The notes below the pieces were generated by a model, which was not told the DNA's origin, searched no databases, and worked only from the letters and a program-made list of their open reading frames with translations. Below are positions 56,256 through 64,000 of a stretch of DNA of 64,000 bases, in pieces. The stretch's first letter is position 1. The number at the start of each line of letters is the position of its first letter. Source of the stretch: Macrostomum lignano (lineage: Eukaryota); assembly GCA_002269645.1 (NCBI GenBank), contig NIVC01000073.1, forward strand, positions 558,001 through 622,000, read 5' to 3'. The translations under genes were made by a program, and so were the position numbers.

Positions 56256-59104
56256 TCAATGAGAGATCTCTGGCACCGGATTCTCGTACAGAGGATCAAA
56301 ATGAAGCAGGAGAAAAGCTACAGCGCCAATCAGAGCCAGGGCTAGAATGCAGTTGAGCAGAGACGGACGAAACCGACTGGGAGCTGCGGCGGCTCCTGGG
56401 GCCGGACGAGCGCCAGACGGCGAGCCCACGTTACCATAGTAACCAGTTCCGGCGTCATTCTCGTGCAACGGGCGTCGGCGATAGGTTTCGCGGAAAACTG
56501 AACCGCCACCGCTGCCGAAGCTGCCATCGTCGGCTGGTGAAGCTCCGGGACGTTGAGGAGGGGAATCGAACCTGCGACCTGCTGGGCTGGATGCGGCAGC
56601 GGCGGCTGCGCCTGCGGCGGAGAATATCGAAGCGTCGCGAGTGCCCGGACTGCGAATAAACAATGGGAAAGACTGGTTGGGCAAAATTACACTGATAAGT
56701 ACTTGTTAGCTAAAGTACACTGACAAAGATTTGTTTGTAAATGTACATAGAAAAAGTCTGAATTGCCCAATGTACACTGACAAAGACTCAATGGCCAATG
56801 TACACTGCCAAAGCCTCAATGGCCAAATATACACTAACAAAGACTCAATGGCCCAATGTACACTGAAAAAGACTCAATGGCCCAATATACACTGACAAAA
56901 AGAATCAATGGTTGAATGTACACTCAAAAAGACTCAATGGCACAATGTACACTCAAAAAGACTCAATGGCACAATGTACACTCAAAAAGACTCAATGGCA
57001 CAATGTACACTGACATACTCAATACTCCAATGTACACCAACAGAAAAAGTTATATCTTTAAATACTTGTTAAGAATCTCAAAAAGCTACCTGTTGTAAAC
57101 TCAAACAAATAGCCAAAACTGAAAATGTTCATAAATAACATTTTTATTCCAGCACCGAAAAAACTTATACATAATAATATAATCGCTGATAACCATTACC
57201 AACTAGAATTTTCCTACCAAATAGCTATAGTGACAGGAACACAGCAGTCACAGATAGTAATGTTGATCGACAAGTCGTACTTTAAATTAGATGGCCTGTG
57301 TGGTTGTTCAATCAGATTCTTTACGTTTTTACTGATAATTAAGGTGAGAAAAGTGCAAAATATTCTACTCTTAAAGTAACAATATTTAAAGACACCAACC
57401 AATTTCCTATATATTATGAGTTTCACACATCCCAAGTAGTAAAGTTGAGTTCAATAAAACAAACGATTTATTACCTTACTGGCTGTCTTCTGGCGCCGTC
57501 TCCGTCACTGACATCGCTTTCGCTAAAAAATACAATAAGTATTATTTATATTTATAACTCTCCATAATAAATCAATAATGGAATGAAAATCCATAGAATA
57601 TACAATAAATTAAGCTTTTGGACTCAGACAAATGCCTCATTAAGATCACTTTATAAAGGCAAAAGTTATGCCTGTATCAGTTCGTCATCTAAATTGTCAT
57701 CATTGTAGTTTAGGCTATTATCAAACATAAAATATCGCGACACTCGCTATCAGACAAATGCCTCATTGAAATTTCATAACTGGCACAAACTGAAATTTGC
57801 ACCTGTCAATCTCGTCATCTATTCTGTCATCATTAGCGAGTTTATATAAATACTAACTATTCCCTACACTAGGGTCTCGTTCTCAGACAAATGCCTCATT
57901 AAGATCACGGAGCAGACCTGATTATGCCTGTCAGTTCGTCATCTAAATTGTCATCACTGCTCACACAATGACCCAAAGAACTCTATGTACTTGGTAAGCT
58001 CATAAATCATTTAAATCTAAGATATATACTCAGGACTCAGGGCTCAGACAAATGCCTCATTAAATTTCACTAATTGGCACAAACTACTCGAGTTTGTACC
58101 TGTCAATCTCGTCATCTATTGTCATCACAGCGAGTCCGCACAGTCACTAACAATGTGCATTGAGCAATCAAGTCTGTAAGCCGGAATTAACATCCACCAG
58201 CAGCCAGGCAGCTCTGAAGTCAGCGACAGCTGCAGCGGTGTGCTGTTGCCAGCTGGGTTGCTCTGGCACCAGCATTAAACTTGACCGGGCTTGACAACTA
58301 ATTGCATGGCAACTAGCACCCATTGGTCAAGGGATCAAATCTGGTGCCGTGTGCTTATCTAATTGCATGGCAACTAGCACCCATTGGTCAAGAGATCAAA
58401 TCTGGTGCCGTGTGCTTATCTAATTGCATGGCAACTAGCACCCATTGGTCAAGGGATCAAATCTGGTGCCATGTGTTTATCTGATTGCATGGCAACTAGC
58501 ACCCATTGGTCAAGGGATCAAATCTGGTGCCATGTGTTTATCTGATTGCATGGCAACTAGCACCCATTGGTCAAGGGATCAAATCTGGTGCCATGTGTTT
58601 ATCTGATTGCATGGCAACTAGCACTTATTGGTGCTAGGGGTCGAATCTGAGTGATTATTCAGCATATTAAGCTGCATGGCAACTAAGCGGACTAAGACTA
58701 GGACTAAGACTTAACCAATGGGATAAAGACAACCCTACTATAATTACTAGTTTAAATCCTGCCTCAAAATCAGACAAATGCCTTATAAAAATTCACATTA
58801 AAAAGCATAGATTTATTTGCTATGCCAATCATACTCGTCATCTATTTTGTCATCATTTTTGAGAGCAGATTTTTTGCACAAAAAGAATCAAATCCTTGAG
58901 TTGTAAATAAAACAACACTTACCTATCTTCAGCTTGGTCGTTGCTGCACACAGACACAAACTGTTGTCCGGAGCGCAGTCTATATAATTTACGACGCATC
59001 AAGTGCCTAGTAGTGTCAGTAACTGGGGGCACATTTGCGTCGCCCATGTGTACAGCAAGTTCATCGCGTAGTTCCGCATCATTTAGTTGATTAATTTCGT
59101 CCAT
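56256..59104 (-). CDS. LEM-domain inner nuclear membrane protein (emerin/LAP2-like), about 207 aa
   Basis: Exons 59104-58923, 57522-57475, 56649-56256; phases are consistent. N-terminal LEM motif (LNDAELRDELAVHMGDANVPPVTDTTRHLMRRKLYRL), low-complexity middle, C-terminal TM segment (LLNCILALALIGAVAFLLLHF). Confidence 0.85.
56770..57010. repeat. About 28-bp minisatellite in LEM intron 2
   Basis: CAATGTACACTCAAAAAGACTCAATGGC. Confidence 0.85.
57624..57703 (-). ncRNA. SNORD15: U15-like box C/D snoRNA, type E (C-like variant; cassette 5, LEM intron 1)
   Basis: C ATGATGA, guide TTAGATGACGA, D' CTGA, C' GTGATCT, guide GAGGCATTTG, D CTGA; the internal spacer differs from type C. Confidence 0.85.
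57750..57833 (-). ncRNA. SNORD15: U15-like box C/D snoRNA, type B (cassette 5)
   Basis: All boxes and guides intact; 8-bp terminal stem. Confidence 0.87.
57883..57957 (-). ncRNA. SNORD15: U15-like box C/D snoRNA, type C (cassette 5)
   Basis: Boxes and guides intact. Confidence 0.85.
58044..58128 (-). ncRNA. SNORD15: U15-like box C/D snoRNA, type D (cassette 5)
   Basis: Boxes and guides intact. Confidence 0.85.
58300..58630. repeat. 61-bp minisatellite, cassette 5
   Basis: Same unit, about 5 copies. Confidence 0.9.
58770..58856 (-). ncRNA. SNORD15: U15-like box C/D snoRNA, type A variant (LEM intron 1)
   Basis: C ATGATGA, guide TAGATGACGAG, D' ATGA, D guide AGGCATTTG, D CTGA; CTCAAAA/TTTTGAG terminal stem. 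Confidence 0.82.
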
Positions 59105-59763
59105 TATTGTTTTTTATTACTTAGTAAATTTTATAGCTGCAATATTTTAGGAAATAACAAAAACTGTAGCTGTTGTAAAATATGCAAAACTACGTTTGTA
59201 ACTGAATAATCATTTTTGAGATGTTATAAGATAAATGTGTTATTTTTTTTCACAAAAATAAGACCAGATCCTTTTTTGTCTTTACTAGACCAAGACATTT
59301 GACCAGAATCTGACAAAATTTATTAACCAGGTATCTAAAATGCTTGGTTTGTGCTAGATGATAGCATTACTATTCATACTTCTATTTCAACCCACTACCA
59401 CTAGTTTCTTAGTGATGCTTTCAGTGATAATAGAGCAATTAGTAGGTTTTATACCACACATTCACTTGCTAGTATTAGCTTGGGTGTCAAAAATGAAGTT
59501 TGCACATTTGACTTCAACCAGTTTTTAAAGTTAAAAACCTAATATTTGGTTTTAAACTGGACTTACGGCTTTGTAATCTAAACTATACTGCTCTGACCTT
59601 TGAGACAAAGTGCTGCCTTTGTCTGACTGCTTCACTGTAATCTCCAATTAGACTCAAGAGTAAAAACTACACTTACATCAGAGATGAACATAAGCCTATG
59701 CTTAGAGAGGCAATTGAAGGAACAAACCCCAAAACTGCTGCATATCACAAGAACTGATGCATA

Positions 59764-59790
59764 TCCCTCTCTCTCTCTCTCCTCTCTCCC

Positions 59791-59865
<75 letters not shown>

Positions 59866-59890
59866 CTCTCTCTTTCTCTCTCTCTCTCTT
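59764..59890. repeat. (CT)n microsatellite
   Basis: Direct reading. Confidence 0.95.
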
Positions 59891-61729
59891 TCAGTCTTCA
59901 CTAGGCCCAGTCATGAGGTCTTTTGGCCTTAGTTCTTTGTCCATATGACAAAGTTCATATGTCTGTTTTCTGTCTAATTATCTATGTACTGTTTACTGTC
60001 AGTTTGTTAGTTGGCCTGTCTATGGATTACACTATCTTCGTAAGACAGCACAAGTTCGTTGTAAAATGTTTTTAGTTGAGTAGCGTTAAAACATTAATAT
60101 TTTCCAGTAGCGCAATAGCGTTAGCGCAAACGGAGTATAATTAGGATTTTTTACAAATATTAACAAAGTTTAACAAATTAGCCTAAACAGTTTTATAAAT
60201 TAACGTAATTAAATTGCCATATTGTGACTCCTGTCAGAGTGTATTCTACTTATATTAGCAGCTAAGCTTTGCTACTCTCCCTTTTGAGTACTTTTTTATT
60301 CCGTTTCTTAAAAAATACAATTTTCATTTTAATATAATTTTATAAAATTTTGAATTCGTTCCATTTAATTTATAAAAGTTGATAAGGTAAAGTAATGTTC
60401 GTGATTAGCCTATTGAGAATTTATACGAGCAGTGCAGTCTATGTACAGACGACACATTACAGACAGACAGTCACACAGCTAATTGTGGTGATCCAGCGTA
60501 GCTAGCATAGGCTGCTCCTGGGATCCCCCCTTAGTCAGTTAGTGCTTGGGCTGCAGCAGTGGGAGCTGGGCATAGGGCTGTCCCTTCCTCCTCTTCCCTT
60601 GTGCAGGCTCAGGTGTGCAGCTGTCGCGGGACAGGGAGAGAAACTCTCTCCCCCTCTCCCCCTGGCGCAGTCTGCAATGGGCTAAAAATAGAAACATTAG
60701 TCAGTGGGATATTTCTCCTTTAGTACAGGCTTATTTAGTCAGCGGGAGTGAGAGCATAGCTCTCCGCCCGGGGTAGGCTCTCGTGGGGTCTTGGTTGCAC
60801 TCCTTGCATGCGGCAACATGCAAGCAGTGTACCAGCAGGCCATGCGGAGGCTGCATGATGAGGCAGATGTCTTATGGACATCTCCAAGATCGCTCCTGGC
60901 TCCGGGTAGTCCACGGAACTGCCATGGGATCTGCCACGGAACTGCCTCTGAGCTTCCCATTGGCCCTGAGACCCCCGAATTTTAGTATAAATACAGAGTA
61001 GGTGAAGGCCCAAAGAGACCATCTTTTCGGAGACCGCCTGCTTGGCTTCGAGCAAAGGCTAGTATTCCTAGATGCTTTTCCTAGACGAACTAGCTTAGGC
61101 AGATCGCTAGACGCTTTTCCTAGGGATAACCTGCTAACAAATCTTTGTTGCAGCTGCCATTTGCTCATTAAGATTGCCGCAGGTCTTTGTGTCAGCAGCT
61201 CGCCAGACCTTCAACACCGTCTGGACCTGGTCTCGTGGCCTACAACCTACACTGTTGGGCAACATCAACTGACGCACAGTACAGCTTAGGGCGTTTACTG
61301 CGACACCAGTTGAGCTACTAAACGATATTTTAGGATCGGCCTGTGACCGTTACTCACATTAATAAACGTTTAACTGACTTGTTTGTCTTATTTATTTTCT
61401 ACTTATCAGTAGGCCTACCTAGGGGTAACCTGTCGAGGATATCACCTGTAGACCTACAAGGTGGCAGCAACCCAACTACCAATACTCGGTTATTATCTAA
61501 CTGTACTCAGTGGAGACTAAGAGGGGTTAATTCGGACCATAGTGCTAGACCACTCAGGCCAGCTACCGGCCGTGCTAGATAGCGAGGACAGACAGAGGAA
61601 GTAGTAGGCAACAGCAGTAATCACCAAAGAGACGGGGATCCACAAGGCCATTACATTGGTTACATTGGTGGGATTCGGCACCAGCATTACATTGGTGGCA
61701 GCGGAGAGCAGTAGGCACAGCCATCACAC

Positions 61730-61747
61730 TGGTGGCAGCGGTGGGAT
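61730..61747 (+). promoter_or_regulatory. Primer-binding site complementary to the tRNA-Leu 3' end
   Basis: TGGTGGCAGCGGTGGGAT is the complement of ...AUCCCACCGCUGCCA-CCA (tRNA-Leu AAG/UAG type, from recall). Confidence 0.75.
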
Positions 61748-61814
61748 AACAAGACCTACCCGACCACCCAGGGAAATCCTTGTTCTATCTCGGGCGAAAG
61801 CCACGGCATCACAC

Positions 61815-61832
61815 TGGTGGCAGCGGTGGGAT
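61815..61832 (+). promoter_or_regulatory. Second full-length tRNA-Leu primer-binding site
   Basis: Identical 18-mer, again preceded by ATCACAC. Confidence 0.75.
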
Positions 61833-61897
61833 CCGGTAAAACGACCACGTCAATCCTTCGTCCACCTACGTCTTAGTCTCACTTAGTAATCATAGCA

Positions 61898-62863
61898 ATG
61901 TCTATTGCCAGCAGTCGTGCTTCAATGGCACCACCTGACGATGGTGCTGGAGCAGGAGCTGAGGAACCGGTACTAGGCGAACGTCTTGATCGTCTCGCTG
62001 ATGCACTGGAGCGCCAGCTTGGTATAGGCCAAGTCAGGCAGCATGTCAAGATGGCTAAATACACGCCATCCCAAGACATCCGCACGTGGATCAAAGCCTT
62101 CGATCTTCGCTGCGATACCGAAGACATTCGTGCCTGCCACAGGAAGGCGGAGTTGCTCGCCAACCTTGACGTGCACACGGCGTATGCTTCGGTCTTGCGC
62201 CTGAATTTGCCAGATCATCTGGATTATGAAGAGTTTAAGGAAGCGCTGATTGAGAGATTCTCAAAGAGAGGCGGCTCACAGGAATTCCGAGAAGATTTCC
62301 GCTGCCGAACTCAGCGCAAGAACGAGGACATTGACGAGTTTGCAGATGCTCTCCGCGAACTTGGAGAACTCGCTTATCCTTATCTCTTGCCAGCTCAGCT
62401 CGAATCAGAACTTGTTGATCAGTTCCTGAAAGGTGTCAGAACTACAATTGAGGCGAGAGAACGGCTGTACTGGGGTCGTCCAGAGACTCTACAGGACGCC
62501 AAGTTCGCCTTCAAGCGCATCGAGACAGCGCGTGAGCTTGCTGCCCGCAGTAAAGACGCACCCTGTCGCAGCCTGGGTGGGGACAAAGCTACGGTTCCCC
62601 GACAGGACGATGAGCTTAAGAATCTAATCAGGCATCAGAATGAGGTTCTGCAGAAGCAGCAGCAGATGCTTGAGCAGCTTCTCAAGCAGACGCCAGCCGC
62701 ACCTGTCAGAGATAGGCTGCAAGGCATTGTGTGCCACGAGTGCGGCAAACCAGGCCACAAGAGGCCTGACTGTCCTAAGTTCAAGGCTCAGAAGCCGGGA
62801 AACGTCCGGGCGGGGGTTGCCAACCAGGACCCTCTCCAGGGCCAACCCCCGAAGTCGCACTAA
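61898..62863 (+). CDS. gag: Ty3/Gypsy gag (capsid-like domain + CCHC zinc knuckle)
   Basis: 321-aa ORF with a retrotransposon gag-like core (QRKNEDIDEFADALRELGELAYP..LVDQFLKG) and the knuckle CHECGKPGHKRPDC. Confidence 0.9.
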   Translation: MSIASSRASMAPPDDGAGAGAEEPVLGERLDRLADALERQLGIGQVRQHVKMAKYTPSQDIRTWIKAFDLRCDTEDIRACHRKAELLANLDVHTAYASVLRLNLPDHLDYEEFKEALIERFSKRGGSQEFREDFRCRTQRKNEDIDEFADALRELGELAYPYLLPAQLESELVDQFLKGVRTTIEARERLYWGRPETLQDAKFAFKRIETARELAARSKDAPCRSLGGDKATVPRQDDELKNLIRHQNEVLQKQQQMLEQLLKQTPAAPVRDRLQGIVCHECGKPGHKRPDCPKFKAQKPGNVRAGVANQDPLQGQPPKSH

Positions 62864-64000
62864 AGCAGTCTGGAGAGTCTGGCGATACCGTAGACTCTTC
62901 CTTTGTAAATAATGTATATAACTCTGGTGCTGATCCTTATGTAACTGCGCTTATTTTCGGCCAACAGGTTCCCTTGCTTCTCGACAGCGGGAGCAGACTG
63001 AACCTGATGGGCCTTTCTACTTGGCGATTGTTATCGCGCAGTACTGCACATGCATGCGTAGTTACACCTACTTATTCCGATCGTATTCTAACCTATGATG
63101 GTTCTGAATTACAGCTAACCGGTAAGGTTATGCTTGATGTTGTCTTCGGAGATTTCTCAGCTGAAGCTGAATTCTACATTGTAAGCGGCGATCAGGAGAA
63201 TCTCCTAGGCATTGATTTTATGAGGAAGCACTGTCGGACCTTGGAGTTCCAGACAGGAATGCTTACCCTCACTACTGGTACTTGTGTACCCGTGCGCTAT
63301 ACGCGCCGTGAGCCAACCTCGTGCAGAGTCTATGTTGCCGGAAAACATCAGATTCCTGCTCGAAGTTCTGGCCTCATATCTGTGCAACTGGCACGTGGCA
63401 AAGAATCGAATTATGGAGTGCCAGCAGTGGTTGAACCACTCAGATCTGGACTCCGCGCTGGGCTTTCCCAGGTCCGCGCATCTGCAGCATTGGTAACGAT
63501 GCATGAAGGCAAAGGCTGCATGGAAGTTGTTAATCCTAACAACTTTCCAGTTAATATAGCCAAAGGAGCCTTGGTGGGCCTTGCCACACCGCTCCGAACG
63601 CAAGACCTCGAGTACTATCCAGAACTGAAAGCAACACCTGTGCGCAAGTTGCACCTAGACGATAACATCAATTCAGCCAGTGACGATTGGATCAATGAGA
63701 TAGAGATAGGCGATTCGATCACGGAGGACCAGAAGTCCCAGGTTCGAGAGCTGATCAGAGAGTCGCGTAATGCGTTCTCCACGCACACTCTTGATCACGG
63801 TCTGACTCACCTGGTGACCCATCAGATTGTCATGCGAGACGAGACTCCAGTTAGGATCCCAGCTCGCAGGGTCCCCCCGCACTTGCAGGATCAGGTCAAT
63901 CAGCTGCTAGATGAGATGCTAGAGAAGGGCTTGATCAGGCCATCTTATTCAAGCTACAGCTCTCCTATCTTAGTAGTGCCTAAGAAGGACAAATCTGTCC
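62779..64000 (+). CDS. pol: Ty3/Gypsy pol (aspartic protease, then start of RT), -1 frame to gag, runs off the window
   Basis: Manual translation shows an open frame from 62779 to the window end: LLDSGSRLNLM (protease), NLLGIDF, HQIVMRDETPVRIPARRVP, GLIRPSYSSYSSPILVVPKKD (RT N-terminus). It is absent from the ORF track because it has no stop within the window. Confidence 0.92.
62797..62851 (+). promoter_or_regulatory. -1 programmed ribosomal frameshift signal
   Basis: G GGA AAC heptamer in gag register (62797-62803), followed after 7 nt by a perfect 9-bp stem CGGGGGTTG (62811-62819) / CAACCCCCG (62843-62851). Confidence 0.8.

Larger units (their letters stand above)
60440..64000 (+). mobile_element. 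Ty3/Gypsy LTR retrotransposon, 5' part (putative LTR about 60440-61655, PBS region, gag-pol)
   Basis: TATAAATA at 60986-60993 and AATAAA at 61361-61366; TTACA followed by TGG PBS-like motifs from 61651; then gag and pol. The LTR start cannot be fixed without the 3' LTR. Confidence 0.75.

Noticed and set aside
46082-58856. rDNA fragments or R2 retrotransposon target-site junctions
   Set aside because: The 28S-matching pieces are only 10-11 nt, split in two, and each sits directly next to a D or D' box with a C box at fixed spacing. No further rRNA sequence or R2 ORF is present.
60735-61886. Short ORFs in the Gypsy LTR/leader
   Set aside because: No recognisable domains; consistent with chance ORFs in GC-rich LTR sequence.

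Overview
Eukaryotic genomic DNA with GC-rich exons and introns dense in minisatellites. The style suggests a flatworm such as Macrostomum, but that is inference only. Five spliced genes were reconstructed by hand with phase-consistent exons: (1) an LRR+3xIg transmembrane receptor (+, 5' end uncertain); (2) an AHCY-like/IRBIT protein (+, with a probable GC-AG intron); (3) LAMTOR3 (-); (4) a three-domain carboxypeptidase D-like protein with an extra N-terminal exon (-); (5) an emerin-like LEM-domain membrane protein (-). The main result is 21 copies of a dual-guide box C/D snoRNA (U15/SNORD15-like, complementary to the 28S rRNA segment CAAAUGCCUCGUCAUCUA). They lie in five cassettes within the first introns of the CPD-like and LEM genes, and one paralogue class has a D' guide shifted by one nucleotide. 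The window ends inside a Ty3/Gypsy element with several tandem tRNA-Leu primer-binding sites and a clear -1 frameshift signal. It also contains a Tc1-like MITE, a tRNA-derived SINE candidate, RTE-like LINE remnants and about 35 tandem-repeat arrays. Coordinates were counted manually, and repeat boundaries are approximate.
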